Assembly: GCA_046045965.1 (NCBI GenBank)
Contig: JBJOKS010000001.1
Coordinates: 64,001-128,000, forward strand
Reading direction: 5' to 3'
From: Cyanobacteriota bacterium
GTDB taxonomy: Bacteria; Cyanobacteriota; Cyanobacteriia; Cyanobacteriales; Nostocaceae
Length of the DNA: 64,000 nucleotides
How positions within the stretch are numbered: the first letter of the stretch is position 1; every line of letters starts with the position of its first letter. The notes beneath the pieces were generated by a model. It was not told the origin of the DNA, did not search any database, and saw nothing but the letters and a program-made list of their open reading frames with translations. The position numbers and the translations under genes were made by a program. Shown here in pieces: positions 21,109 to 33,319 of the stretch.

Positions 21109-21858
21109 ATGAGAGCAATTTTTCAAGAAATTCGCCAAAAATTAGCACTAATGCAAGAAAAAGATCCCCGATTTTATCATGCAGTGTTTGGTTCACAAAA
21201 ACATAAATATCGTCTAAATCCCTGCTTAACAAAAGCAGAAATAATTGCATTTGAGGAACGTTATCAAATCAAATTACCAGAAGATTATCGAGACTTTTTA
21301 ATGTATGTAGGTAATGGGGGAGCAGGTCCCCATTATGGATTATTTCCTTTAGCAGAATCAGTTCGGGAATTTCAAGAGAAGATGATTGAAGTACCGGAAG
21401 AATACTGGAATAGATTAATGGTATTACGTACTGGGAGAAAACTTACAGAAGATGAATATTTAGAAATACAAGAAATTCATCAGAAAAGGAGGAAATTTGT
21501 AGAAAATAAATTGCAACAAGGAGAAGTAAATTATGATTTTTTAAAAGAGGAATTTCCCTTAACTAATACAGATGCTTTAGACGCAATTTATAGAAGAATA
21601 AATGTAGAAACAGATGAATATTATTTTATCGAAACTGATTATCCTCTTAATGGTTGTTTCCCTATTAATGAGCGAGGATGTGGTTGGATGACAGTATTAG
21701 TTATTAGTGGTGAACAACGTGGTAAAATCTGGGTTGCTGGAGAGGGTTGGTTGCCAGAATTTGATGATAAATCTGCACAACAAAAGGATTTTCTTAGTTG
21801 GTATCAGCAATGGTTAAATAATGCTATGGATACCCTGACTAAATGGCAAACAGAGTGA
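21109..21858 (+). CDS. SMI1/KNR4 (SUKH) family protein
   Basis: FEERYQIKLPEDYRDFL...GNGGAGP.YG, GCG...LVISGEQRGKIW and FLSWYQQWL. Confidence 0.85.
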   Translation: MRAIFQEIRQKLALMQEKDPRFYHAVFGSQKHKYRLNPCLTKAEIIAFEERYQIKLPEDYRDFLMYVGNGGAGPHYGLFPLAESVREFQEKMIEVPEEYWNRLMVLRTGRKLTEDEYLEIQEIHQKRRKFVENKLQQGEVNYDFLKEEFPLTNTDALDAIYRRINVETDEYYFIETDYPLNGCFPINERGCGWMTVLVISGEQRGKIWVAGEGWLPEFDDKSAQQKDFLSWYQQWLNNAMDTLTKWQTE

Positions 21859-22200
21859 TGATATTTTAGGAAACATAATGATTGGAAAAGTAAATTTTCT
21901 CAACCTGTGACTAGAGAACAGTTAAAAGAAACTTTGTCTTTATCAATCTGACGCACCCTAGTATTTAGTCTAGAAAAACCAACCTACAAAAAGTTATTCA
22001 ATTTAACCAAATTACCAAATATCAAAAATTAACAACTTCCTCAACCACTGATAAAATCAGACATTTAAGATTTGCAGTTATCTATAAACAATGTTATGAT
22101 AGAACATAATTAAATACATTTAGTCTAAAAATCCATGTCTCTTAATTCCCCAACAAAAAACCCTTAAACTAACGCACATTTCAACCAACATGATCAAGTT

Positions 22201-23563
22201 CGGAGTAATCCCAAGAGTGCATTTGACGGAAAGGAAGACCCATCTTTTGGAAGACATACTTCTCTTTGACACCGGAAGCAACTAAATCTGGCTTCAATGC
22301 TTTGATGAATTCTTCAAATTCAAAAGCGGTAACGTCGTCATAAACGATAGTTCCGTTTTCGATGTAGTGAGTAGTACGTTTATAGTCGTCATTATGAGCG
22401 AACTCATAACCAGTACCAATCATCTTCATTCCTAAATCTTGGAAAGCGGGAACAACGTGACGAGGACGTAGACCACCAACCATCATTGCAACTGTCTTAC
22501 CTTCCAAACGGGGGCGATATTGCTTAACGATCGCATCCATTGTGGGTTGGTACTTAGCAATTACCTTCTCAGCGTTTTCTTGGATCTTGGAGTCAAACTT
22601 AGAAGCAATTTCGCGTAAAGATGCAGCAATCTTGGTAGGACCGAAGAAATTATACTCTAACCAGGGTATACCATAAGCTTCTTCCATGTGACGGCTGATG
22701 TAGTTCATCGAGCGGTAACAGTGGATGAGGTTCATCTTCACGTTGGGGGTCATCAACATTTCGTTGATAGTACCGTCACCAGACCATTGAGCAACAACAC
22801 GCAAACCGATTTCTTCTAATAAGATACGGCTGGCCCAAGCGTCACCACCGATGTTATAGTCACCGATGATTGCTACGTCGTAAGGGGTAGACTCAAACTT
22901 GAGAGTACCGTCTTTCTTAGCTTTGTCTGCTCTGGGGAATACCCAGTCACGAATCATGTCGTTAGCGATGTGGTGTCCTAAAGACTGAGACACACCACGG
23001 AAACCTTCGCAACGCACAGGAATAACTGGCTTACCGATGGTTTTGGCTGTCTTCTTAGCTACTGCTTCGATGTCATCCCCAATTAGACCGATGGGACATT
23101 CAGATTGAATAGAAACCCCACGATTTAAGGGGAATAATACATCTAATTCTTCAATTAACTTGGTCAGTTTCTTGTCTCCACCAAACACGATGTCGCGTTC
23201 TTGGAAGTCAGAAGTGAAGTGCATGGTACCGAAGGTATCAACACCTGTTGTACCTAAGTAGTAGTTACGACGACCAGACCAAGACCAGTAACCGCAACCT
23301 ACAGGACCGTGACTGATGTGGATCATGTCCTTGATAGGACCCCAAACCACACCTTTAGAACCTGCGTAAGCACAACCACGAGCGGTCATTACACCAGGAA
23401 GAGATTTGATGTTAGATTTAACACCGCAATCTGCCTTACCTTCTTCGTATACGTTTAAGTGCTTCTCGCGCTTTTTAGCAGCTTTTTCGGGGTAAGCTTT
23501 AAGAACTTCTTTAACTAGTTCTTTTCTTTGTTCAACAATCTTCTTGTCGTCTGGAGGAGTCAT
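22201..23563 (-). CDS. nifD: nifD 5' segment (MoFe protein alpha chain, interrupted)
   Basis: [18 protein letters not shown] and [10 protein letters not shown]; the ORF-track tail ELDHVG is element-derived. Confidence 0.96.
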
Positions 23564-23709
23564 TGTTAGTCTCTCTTGCTCCTAAAGGAACGGAAATAGG
23601 GATTAGGTTTTTGGGAACGGGGACTTAATGTCCCCTGTGGGGAGGGGAAGGAAGGTAAAAAGGAAATTATGTAGAGTTTTCCTTTTTCCTGTTCCTTATT
23701 TACTAAATA

Positions 23710-24711
<1,002 letters not shown>

Positions 24712-24770
24712 CTACCAAAAATAGAGTTGTGTTCATAGTGTTTATTGGGTTGTAAGGAATTTTTTTGAGA

Positions 24771-24873
24771 AGGAGTCAGGAGTCAGGAGTCAGGAGGGAG
24801 AATAAAAATCAAATCAATATTTCTTTTTTCTGTTCCCTGTTCCCTGTTCCCTGTTCCCTGTTCCCTGTTCCCT
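24771..24873. repeat. STRR repeats (AGGAGTC)n and (CTGTTCC)n
   Basis: Direct reading in the nifU-nifH spacer. Confidence 0.88.
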
Positions 24874-24879
24874 CTTGTT

Positions 24880-25794
24880 CTAAACTGCTTCAACGATGAT
24901 GTCTTTGCTGATGCGATCGCGTAACCTAGATTCAATCGCTATCTTTAAAGTTGCAGTGCTGCTAGAACATGAACCGCAAGCACCTTTGAGAATAACTTGG
25001 ACTTTATCGCCTACTATATCGTAGAGTTCCACATCTCCCCCGTCGGCGATTAATACGGGTCGGACTTCTTCATCTAATACTTTTTGAATCAGGGCAATTT
25101 TTTGAACATTAGTTAATGGTCTTTGTTGCCCTTCATTAAACATTGAACTAGGAATTTCTGTAGAATTTTTCGCGCCGTTGGTGTTGAGATTTTGTTTGGC
25201 GGTTTCCTGCTTTACTTCTCTTATTATATCATCGATTTTCGCTAAACAGGAACCGCATCCGCCACCAGCTTTTACATAATTTGTTACTTGTTCTGCACTG
25301 AGAAGATTATTTTGAGCAACTGCCTTTCTAATCTTAGTATCAGTAATACTAAAACAAGTACAAATTAGAGTTCCTTCATCATCGTCATCATGAGCAGCTA
25401 AAGGAATGCCTCTATAATTAAATATAGCAGCTTCTAAAGCTTCTTGACCCATAACTGAACAGTGCATTTTTGCTTCAGGTAAACCACCTAAATATGCAGC
25501 AATTTCCTTATTTGTAACTTTCAAAGCTTCATCTAAAGTCAATCCTTTAACCATTTCAGTCAAAGCACTGGAAGATGCGATCGCACTGGTACAACCGAAA
25601 GTTTGAAACCGAGCATCAAGAATTTTATCAGATGCAACTTCCACTTTCAAATGTAATCTTAAAGCATCACCGCAAGCAATACTTCCGACTTCACCAGTTG
25701 CAACCTTCACACCAGCTTCACCAGTTTCTTCAATTGCACCTTGGTTTTTAGGATCGTAAAATAACTCTAATACTTTATCAGTGTAGTCCCACAT
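24880..25794 (-). CDS. nifU: Fe-S scaffold NifU
   Basis: IACGDAL, FGCTSAIAS, GGGCGSC and GACGSC. Confidence 0.96.
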   Translation of the reverse strand: MWDYTDKVLELFYDPKNQGAIEETGEAGVKVATGEVGSIACGDALRLHLKVEVASDKILDARFQTFGCTSAIASSSALTEMVKGLTLDEALKVTNKEIAAYLGGLPEAKMHCSVMGQEALEAAIFNYRGIPLAAHDDDDEGTLICTCFSITDTKIRKAVAQNNLLSAEQVTNYVKAGGGCGSCLAKIDDIIREVKQETAKQNLNTNGAKNSTEIPSSMFNEGQQRPLTNVQKIALIQKVLDEEVRPVLIADGGDVELYDIVGDKVQVILKGACGSCSSSTATLKIAIESRLRDRISKDIIVEAV

Positions 25795-25898
25795 AGTTGA
25801 TTGTAGATTTTGGATTTTAGATTGTTGTTCTTAGATTTCTGTTTGGTAATTGATGATTGGGTAGGGATGATTAGGACATGAGGTAAATTGAGATTTTT

Positions 25899-25931
25899 CC
25901 CAGTCCCCAGTCCCCAATCCCCAGTCCCCAA
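25899..25931. repeat. STRR1-type repeat (CCCCAGT/CCCCAAT)n
   Basis: Direct reading. Confidence 0.85.
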
Positions 25932-25932
25932 T

Positions 25933-27150
25933 CTACCGATTTACTAAAGTATGCTCTTGCTGTTGTAACCAACCTGCTTCATCATTTTTGAAGGGAGATA
26001 AAGCGCGGAGACGTTCAACAATTTCCGGCATTACTGCAATTACTTGGTCAATTTCAGCTTCGGTGGTGTAGCGACAAAGACTGAAGCGAATGGAACCATG
26101 TAACGTAGTGTAGGGTAAACCCATTGCTCGTAAAACGTGAGATGGTTCCAGAGAACCCGAAGTACAAGCAGAACCAGAGGAAGCACAAATACCATGCTTA
26201 TTTAGAAGTAACAGAATTGCTTCACCTTCGATATATTTGAAACCGATATTTGTAGTGTTTGGCAATCTATTTTTCACATCACCATTGACTGCACAGTCGG
26301 GAATTTTAGCAAGTAAACTTTGTTCGAGGCGATCGCGCAATTTTCTTTCTCTCTTTGTCGCCTCTTCTAAGTGTAACAATTCCAGTTCCGCAGCTTTGCC
26401 TAAAGCGATAATTCCGGGAACGTTTTCTGTACCTGCTCTGCGTCCTCTTTCTTGGTGTCCACCAATTAATAAAGGACGGAATCTCACTCCACGTCTTACA
26501 TACAAAGCACCAATACCCTTGGGAGCGTGAATTTTATGACCAGATATAGTTAACATATCAATTGTGCTGGTCTTCATATTCAAGGGTACTTTACCTACCG
26601 CTTGTACTGCATCGACGTGAAAGATAGCTCCATACTCTTTTACTCTAGCACCAATTTCTTCAATGGGAAAAATTGTGCCGGTTTCGTTATTGGCATACAT
26701 CACTGTTACCAAAGCGGTGTTACCAGTGAGAGAAGCTTCTAACTCATTCAAGTCTATTTGTCCCTTATCATTCACAGACAAATAAGTAACTTGATAACCT
26801 TGAGTTTCTAATTGTTTGCAGACATTTAAAACTGCGGGATGTTCTACCTGAGAAGTGATGATGTGGCGTTTTTCTGGTTGAGCTAATAACGCTGATCTAA
26901 TAGCTGCATTATCACCTTCAGTTCCACAACTGGTAAAAACAATTTCTGATTCATCTGCACCCAGTAAAGCTGCAACTTGTTCTCTAGCTACTTTCACACT
27001 TTTGCCAATTTGTCCACCAAAGGTGTGCATACTAGAAGGGTTAGCGTAGTAGTCCGTTAGATAAGGTAGCATGACCTCAACAACTTCAGGATCTACTTTG
27101 GTTGTTGCATTATTATCGAGATAGATGCAATTCTTTAACATTTCACTCAT
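25933..27150 (-). CDS. nifS: Cysteine desulfurase NifS
   Basis: YLDNNATT, SGHKIH and SSGSACTS. Confidence 0.96.
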   Translation of the reverse strand: MSEMLKNCIYLDNNATTKVDPEVVEVMLPYLTDYYANPSSMHTFGGQIGKSVKVAREQVAALLGADESEIVFTSCGTEGDNAAIRSALLAQPEKRHIITSQVEHPAVLNVCKQLETQGYQVTYLSVNDKGQIDLNELEASLTGNTALVTVMYANNETGTIFPIEEIGARVKEYGAIFHVDAVQAVGKVPLNMKTSTIDMLTISGHKIHAPKGIGALYVRRGVRFRPLLIGGHQERGRRAGTENVPGIIALGKAAELELLHLEEATKRERKLRDRLEQSLLAKIPDCAVNGDVKNRLPNTTNIGFKYIEGEAILLLLNKHGICASSGSACTSGSLEPSHVLRAMGLPYTTLHGSIRFSLCRYTTEAEIDQVIAVMPEIVERLRALSPFKNDEAGWLQQQEHTLVNR

Positions 27151-27259
27151 TAGTTATTAGTTTTTTAGTTATTACTTATTGAGTTTTGGTAACGGGTAAT
27201 TGGTAATAGGTAATTTGTAGAAACCTCTTCCCAGTCACCAATACCCAATCCCCAGTCAC

Positions 27260-27598
27260 CTAAACTATTGCTTGTTGTTTTTTCAATTGTTCCGCTAACT
27301 TTTGGGAATAAGTGTTATACCAGCGTTCCCAATAATCTTGTTTATTGGTTAATTTGGCGATGACGCGGTTGTATGTGGCAAACCAATTTTCCCAATAATC
27401 ACTGGGTTGTTTTACGCAACCACTAGCAGTAGGACAAACTGCTTTACATTGAGGTACTGTGTAAATACTATCAGCACAGTTTGTACAAAGTTCAGAGTCG
27501 ATCAGGTGTTTACCTTCAACTTCTTGAATTGCACCATTAGGACATACAGACACACACAGGTTACAGGAAATACACTGGCTAGTAATTGTGTAAGCCAT
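27260..27598 (-). CDS. fdxN: 4Fe-4S ferredoxin FdxN (uninterrupted)
   Basis: CxxCxxCxxxCP motifs; between nifB and nifS. Confidence 0.92.
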   Translation of the reverse strand: MAYTITSQCISCNLCVSVCPNGAIQEVEGKHLIDSELCTNCADSIYTVPQCKAVCPTASGCVKQPSDYWENWFATYNRVIAKLTNKQDYWERWYNTYSQKLAEQLKKQQAIV

Positions 27599-27713
27599 GA
27601 CTATTCTCCTTGAGGGGCATTGGGCTGTAGTAATGGGTGAATAGAGAAGGCAAAAGTGAGAAGTGAAAAGAACAGAATTCTTTTGACTTTTGACTTTTGA
27701 CTTCCTATATTTA

Positions 27714-29147
27714 TTACTGATTAGCCTTTACATACTGCTCGTAAAACTCTAAGGCAACTTTCTCGATTACGTCGTAAGATTCAACAGTCTGTATGCCGGC
27801 TGCGTGCAGTTTCTCTTTAGGACAATTACCTATTTTGGAAACTAAAACTGCTTTACAATCTGCAATTGATTTCATTATATTGTCTGCGGTCGCTTCTTCA
27901 CCGTATCCACCTTGACAATATTGATCAATTTTGCGATGACTGACAAATTTTACTTCATTACCATCCACTTCGTAGACTTGAAATTCTTTAGCATGACCGA
28001 AGTGTTGGTTAACTAATCCACCACCTTTGGTTGCAACTGCAATCAGGATTTTAGGACTATTAGCAACTGTCTTGCCAGCTTGTACCTTGGATTTTGCTAG
28101 TTGAATTTCTTCTCTAAATTTCTCAATTCCTTCATGAACTTCTTGGCGTGTTTCCAGGTTGTATTCTGGAGACATTTCCATGAATTTATCTTTAGTGAAT
28201 TCTTGGCTGCGGTCTTCTCCTAATAATCCTACCGCATCTGCTCGACACTGGCGACAGTGGCGCATCATTTTCATGTTACCAGAACAGTTATCTTGAACTT
28301 CTTTAAGTTCTTTACCTGTTGGTCCACGTTGACCAGTTAAACCAAAGTGTGTACCATGTTCTGGTGCAGAAATTAGCGGCATGATGTTGTGCAGGAATGC
28401 ACCTCTTTCACGAATTGCCTTGTTAACTTCTACCAAATGTTTGTCATTAATTCCGGGAATCATCACAGAATTAACTTTGCATAAGATATCAGCTTCTTTC
28501 AAAGCTTGCAATCCTTCCAACTGCTTTTCTAGGAGAATTTTCGCCCCTTCAATTCCTCTGTAACGCTTGCGTTTATAGTGAACCCAAGAATAGATTTGTG
28601 CGCCTATTTCTGGGTCAATGGTGTTAAGGGTGATAGTAACGTGATCTATATTTAATTGTTTGATGCGATCAACATATTCTGTTAACATCAAACCGTTAGT
28701 AGATAAGCACAGTTTAATATCTGGTGCTTTATCTGCAATCAACTCAAAAGTACGGAATGTTTTTTCTGGATTTGCTAAAGGATCACCAGGTCCAGCAATT
28801 CCCAAAACTGTCATTTGGGGAATTTTACCTGCTATCACCAATACTTTATGTGCAGCTTCTTCTGGTGTGAGTAATTCGCTTACTACTCCAGGACGGCTTT
28901 CATTTGCACAGTCATACTTGCGGTTACAATAGTTGCATTGAATGTTGCAAGCTGGGGCAACTGCAACGTGCATCCGGGCATAATGATGGTGAGCTTCTTC
29001 GCTATAACAGGGATGGTTGGCGATGCGTGCTTTGAGTTTTTCGTCCATTTCTGGGGTTGTGCTGCTATCGCAACCGCAACCACCAGATTTACCTTTGAGG
29101 GGTTCCTGTTCGGAGGAGGTGAGGAGTCCTGTAGCCGGTAGTGTCAT
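27714..29147 (-). CDS. nifB: Radical SAM FeMo-co protein NifB
   Basis: [13 protein letters not shown] and C-terminal NifX-like domain. Confidence 0.97.
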   Translation of the reverse strand: MTLPATGLLTSSEQEPLKGKSGGCGCDSSTTPEMDEKLKARIANHPCYSEEAHHHYARMHVAVAPACNIQCNYCNRKYDCANESRPGVVSELLTPEEAAHKVLVIAGKIPQMTVLGIAGPGDPLANPEKTFRTFELIADKAPDIKLCLSTNGLMLTEYVDRIKQLNIDHVTITLNTIDPEIGAQIYSWVHYKRKRYRGIEGAKILLEKQLEGLQALKEADILCKVNSVMIPGINDKHLVEVNKAIRERGAFLHNIMPLISAPEHGTHFGLTGQRGPTGKELKEVQDNCSGNMKMMRHCRQCRADAVGLLGEDRSQEFTKDKFMEMSPEYNLETRQEVHEGIEKFREEIQLAKSKVQAGKTVANSPKILIAVATKGGGLVNQHFGHAKEFQVYEVDGNEVKFVSHRKIDQYCQGGYGEEATADNIMKSIADCKAVLVSKIGNCPKEKLHAAGIQTVESYDVIEKVALEFYEQYVKANQ

Positions 29148-29589
29148 TGAATTTCGCAAGGGTTCGGTGGACTAGATGGCCACTGTGGGAGATGCCGTTG
29201 CTACTTCCAATGCCTATGAACTGAAAGTCACGTCTGATACTCACTTTGCCCGCATGAGTATGATACAAATTTTGGATGATTTTAGTGTTATTTGAGATGA
29301 TGGCAACAGTCTATTAATTAAGACTTTGAATCCAAAATCTAAAATCTAAAATCCAAAATTTCTGCAAGGTTCGGCTGGTGTGTGTCAACTGTGGGTCTTG
29401 GGTAGACTAAGTTTGTACAGCCGCGACTTCCATTCACTTCAGGCATGGTGCTATCTCATCCCTCCACTCACTTTTAACTTCTAACTTTGTTAAGGAGCGT
29501 TAAGTGATTGGCGATAAATGATTTATAGCAGCACTTTCTAGATGGGTAAATGGTTGTATGAAGATAGGATTTATTGGATTTATTATGTA

Positions 29590-29797
29590 TGTACTCAAAT
29601 CTATAAATCCCAATCTTTGTCAGGATTACAAAAATTAAATAATATTTTTTCGGGTAGGGGTGCTAGTATTTTTCGATTGGGGTACGAGTATTTATGATGT
29701 GGGGTTCAGGATTTCGTTGTACTCATTCAAAACCCAATACCTGTCAGGGATTGGGTGATATTTGGGTTGATTTTGCGTTACATTCATCATGTACTCA
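29590..29797 (-). promoter_or_regulatory. nifB upstream region with three TGAGTACA motifs (putative CnfR sites)
   Basis: TGTACTCA at 29590, 29718 and 29790, plus a box shared with the nifP upstream region. Confidence 0.7.
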
Positions 29798-30241
29798 ATT
29801 AACCCTCAAATCCTGCTAAAAGCTTTAATTTGCAAGGGATTGGAGGTGGAAAACTGGAGTAGGATAAGCCTTGCTAATCCAGTAACGTGCGAAATTCTAT
29901 TCTGTATACAACATATCATTTTTTTTTAGATAAAAATGCAGTTTATATTCTTTTAACTTTTCGCTAGTCAATGATGTTAATTGCATTTCTAAAATGATGC
30001 TGGTTCAACATTAGGGCTTTAATAAAAGCATAACTCTTAATGCAGATAATTTGCAAGTAATCTCATCTTTATTAGGGCAGGAAATAGGCAAGAAGGAATA
30101 GGGAATCAGGAATAGAGAACAGGGAATGAGAAATAATGTCAAATTAGGGAATAGGGAATAGGGAAAGAAATTAATCGCCCTGAACTTTTAGCAATCGCTA
30201 CACTTGAATTATGGTGAACAAGTCAAAGGAGGGGAAAGTCC

Positions 30242-31204
30242 ATGAAAGCTGTTGTTATCCGTCGCTATGGTGATGCTGAGGTGTTGCAGTATGAAGAGGT
30301 GGAACAACCGAAAATCAAACCAGACCAGTTACTTGTCAAGGTTCACGCTAGTAGTGTTAACCCCATTGACTGGAAAACCCGCAAGGGAATGCTGAGTATT
30401 TTAACTGGAAACAACTTTCCCCTCATTCTCGGTTTTGATGTCGCTGGGGAAGTGGTGGAAGTTGGTTCACAGGTAACGCGCTTTAAAGTTGGAGATGCTA
30501 TTTATGGCAGTACCAGCTTTCCTGGGGGCGCTTATGCAGAGTTCGCCGCTATCCCAGAAAATTTGGCGGCTCCCAAACCAAATAATTTGACTTATGAAGA
30601 AGCAGCCACTGTCCCTTTAGCGGCGCTAACGGCTCTCCAGGCGTTGCGAGACTTGGGAAATATCAAATCAGGTCAAAAGGTATTAATTAACGGTGCTTCG
30701 GGCGGTGTGGGCATTTTTGCGGTGCAAATTGCTAAGGCGTTGGATGCCGAAGTGACTGGTGTTTGCAGTACCAAAAATTTGGATTTGGTGAGGTCTTTGA
30801 ATGCAGATTTAGTTATTGACTATACGCAACAGGATTTTACAAAAGGTAATGTGCAGTACGATATTATTTTGGATGCAGTTGCTAAACGAGCATTTTCTAA
30901 TTGCAGAAAAGTTTTAAAGCCAAATGGAGTTTATATTTCGACTCTCCCCACACCGGAGGTAATTATACAGGGTGTTTTAACAGCGTTTCTTCCTGGTCAA
31001 AAGGCAAAAATTGTCTGGGAAAAGCCGAATAGTAAGGATTTGGTTTATTTAAAAGAGTTGATTGAAAATGGTAAACTGCGGACTGTGAGCGATCGCACCT
31101 ATCCTTTACAAGAATTAGCAGCAGCTCATCAGTATAGTGAGGGTGAAAGGACAGTAGGGAAAATTGCGATCGCTATCAATGTGCCAGTGCTTCAGACTGC
31201 ATAA
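30242..31204 (+). CDS. NAD(P)-dependent MDR-family (quinone oxidoreductase-like) oxidoreductase
   Basis: VNPIDWK, GFDVAGEV and INGASGGVG. Confidence 0.9.
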   Translation: MKAVVIRRYGDAEVLQYEEVEQPKIKPDQLLVKVHASSVNPIDWKTRKGMLSILTGNNFPLILGFDVAGEVVEVGSQVTRFKVGDAIYGSTSFPGGAYAEFAAIPENLAAPKPNNLTYEEAATVPLAALTALQALRDLGNIKSGQKVLINGASGGVGIFAVQIAKALDAEVTGVCSTKNLDLVRSLNADLVIDYTQQDFTKGNVQYDIILDAVAKRAFSNCRKVLKPNGVYISTLPTPEVIIQGVLTAFLPGQKAKIVWEKPNSKDLVYLKELIENGKLRTVSDRTYPLQELAAAHQYSEGERTVGKIAIAINVPVLQTA

Positions 31205-31232
31205 ATCGTGTAAATAAACAGATTCTTAATAT

Positions 31233-31266
31233 CTGACGCACCCTACCAATGTGCTAGTTGCGTCAG
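31233..31266. terminator. Inverted repeat between convergent genes
   Basis: CTGACGCA...TGCGTCAG; the left arm ATCTGACGCACCCTA also occurs at 21946. Confidence 0.45.
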
Positions 31267-31281
31267 TCCCGATCCTCTGCG

Positions 31282-33237
31282 CTAAAACAGTCGTTCTCCT
31301 GAAGAGTTGTCATTTCCTTGAGGCCATAGCGGCGGCTTTTTAGTAGGGGTAGGTTGTGTACGAACTCTACTCCTTGAAGGCTGTTTTCTCTGTGGTGGTT
31401 GCGTCTGAGGTGCAATCCTCTGTCTAGGTTTTGGTGTACGTTTAGGTAAATTGCTAGTTGATTTTTGATTGACTGTTAAATTAACATTATTTCGTTTAGG
31501 TGTTGGCGAAGATGGTACTGGCTTAGGTATAACTGGAACTACTTTTCTTTCAGCAATTATTTTCTGAATTTTCTGATCAATTTCTTGAATTTTACTGTTG
31601 TATTTTGCTTTGATTTGGTTTACTTTCTCAATTACAAAAGCATCATTAGGAATTTCTGCTAGTTTTACTCTTAACTTTTCCCACTCAGATTTTACTCGCT
31701 GTAAATCTTGAATATTTTTAGCACTTTTAGCTGTTTCAGTCCAATTAGTAAGAGTTTGAGCAGATGCCTCTATTGAAGCTATTTGTGTTTCATAAATTTC
31801 TTCTTTTGCCAACTTATCATCTATAGCTTTAATCTGTGTTTCATATTCTTGTTTTAAAGTTGTTACCTGGGGCTGAATTTTAGCATTATCGGGAATTTTA
31901 TCAAGCTCAGTCAGTGTATTTTGTAATTGAGCGCGGGCATTTTGGAGTTGGTTAATATTCTGAGCTTGTTCGGCTAAAGTCTTGCTTTCTTTACCTTTTT
32001 TCTCTACTTCGTTATAGAGATTGGTGTACTCGGTACAGTTACCTTGAGAACGACATAAAAAACTAATATTAGCAGACTGCCAAATTACTAAACCTGCAAT
32101 TCCTCCAGTAACCAGTATAGTTGCTAAGACACTGATTATCAATTTCCAGTTACGTCTTTGATTATTTGAATTGTTTTTTTCTTCATTTTTTTCTATCTGT
32201 GTAATTTCTTGATGGTTTAGAGGTACTTCTTCTGGTGTGAACTCAGTCAATAATTGAAAATTAGCTACTACTTCTAAATTCCTGTCAATTTTCAATGTAA
32301 CAGTATGATCAGATCCATTTACTGCACCACTCCAGTGAGTAAACCGCCAATTTTGTTTTGCTATTGCTTTTACAGTCACTTGTTCATCTAATTCGTACAA
32401 ACCATCACCTTCAATTTCGCCGCTTCCTGACGGTTTTGCTGTGACGGTTAAAGTATATTTCGGAATCAGCGGAGAACCAATATTTTTAGTTGTTTTTTGC
32501 TCTACTGGTGATTCTGGATCTAGTTTTTCTAGTTCTGCTTCCAGGCGATCGCCTATCTCCCGTATTCTGAAGTTGCGCTTATTTGGGTTTGGATCAGTTA
32601 CTTGAAGATACCAATCTGTAGCTGTTAATTTTGGCTGCAAATCAGCAATAATTTTGGCAAAAGCATAAATATCAGATGCCTTTGTTAAATTATCTGTTCC
32701 TACTTCTGGTGCAAGATAATTTTTGTATTCTTTTTTCAAACTCTTTATAACGGATTGATTTCGCGAATTAATCAATGGTGCATAGCCAAAACCCCTTAAA
32801 TATACTTTGTTTTCTACCACTACAAAACTAGACGGATTGAGGTTGCCATGTATTTCTTGTTGATGCAAAATATGAATGATTTCGGTAGCCTGTTTCCATA
32901 ATTCTTTTGCATTTTCTGGTTGCTGATCTAAAAATTCTGCTAGGGTTTTGGTTTTTTCAGACCAAGTTGAATAAACTGAAACTATGGGAGAATTTAGCTC
33001 CTTACGAGTAGTTTCTGGGACAACAAAGCCAGACTTATTTTTAAAATCATTCAAAGATGCAAAGTGTTCAAATAATAAGTTTGCTTCTGCTTCCGATACT
33101 TGAGTTTGTAAAACTTGTAAAATTACAGTCTTGTTGTCCTTAGTAGCCCTAAACCATTTATAAATAGAATCCTCACTAATGCTTGCTACTAGTTCATATC
33201 CACAAATTGATTGTTTTTCTTCCATTTGATTAACCAT
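31282..33237 (-). CDS. Membrane pseudokinase: degenerate Ser/Thr kinase domain, InlB-B-like repeat, TM helix, coiled coil, Pro/Lys/Arg tail
   Basis: HGNLNPSS for HRDLKPEN, GFG for DFG, YLAPE and SDIYAF retained; YTLTV...F..WSG...VVANF repeat; TM LIISVLATILVTGGIAGLVIW. Confidence 0.75.
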   Translation of the reverse strand: MVNQMEEKQSICGYELVASISEDSIYKWFRATKDNKTVILQVLQTQVSEAEANLLFEHFASLNDFKNKSGFVVPETTRKELNSPIVSVYSTWSEKTKTLAEFLDQQPENAKELWKQATEIIHILHQQEIHGNLNPSSFVVVENKVYLRGFGYAPLINSRNQSVIKSLKKEYKNYLAPEVGTDNLTKASDIYAFAKIIADLQPKLTATDWYLQVTDPNPNKRNFRIREIGDRLEAELEKLDPESPVEQKTTKNIGSPLIPKYTLTVTAKPSGSGEIEGDGLYELDEQVTVKAIAKQNWRFTHWSGAVNGSDHTVTLKIDRNLEVVANFQLLTEFTPEEVPLNHQEITQIEKNEEKNNSNNQRRNWKLIISVLATILVTGGIAGLVIWQSANISFLCRSQGNCTEYTNLYNEVEKKGKESKTLAEQAQNINQLQNARAQLQNTLTELDKIPDNAKIQPQVTTLKQEYETQIKAIDDKLAKEEIYETQIASIEASAQTLTNWTETAKSAKNIQDLQRVKSEWEKLRVKLAEIPNDAFVIEKVNQIKAKYNSKIQEIDQKIQKIIAERKVVPVIPKPVPSSPTPKRNNVNLTVNQKSTSNLPKRTPKPRQRIAPQTQPPQRKQPSRSRVRTQPTPTKKPPLWPQGNDNSSGERLF

Positions 33238-33319
33238 AAATTTTGCTTTTAGTAAATTGACAACATTTCTCTTATTTAATCATGTTTATGCTTACTTTTG
33301 GCAGTTGAGCAATTAAGTT

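Larger units (their letters stand above)
14333..22207. mobile_element. nifD excision element (7868 bp excised) encoding XisA
   Basis: Direct repeat CGGAGTA at 14333-14339 and 22201-22207; recombination restores ...HSWDYSGPYHG... (500-aa NifD). Confidence 0.93.

Noticed and set aside
22181..22200. NifD apparently truncated at ELDHVG (pseudogene)
   Set aside because: Explained by the excision element; the missing 3' part is at 14193-14339
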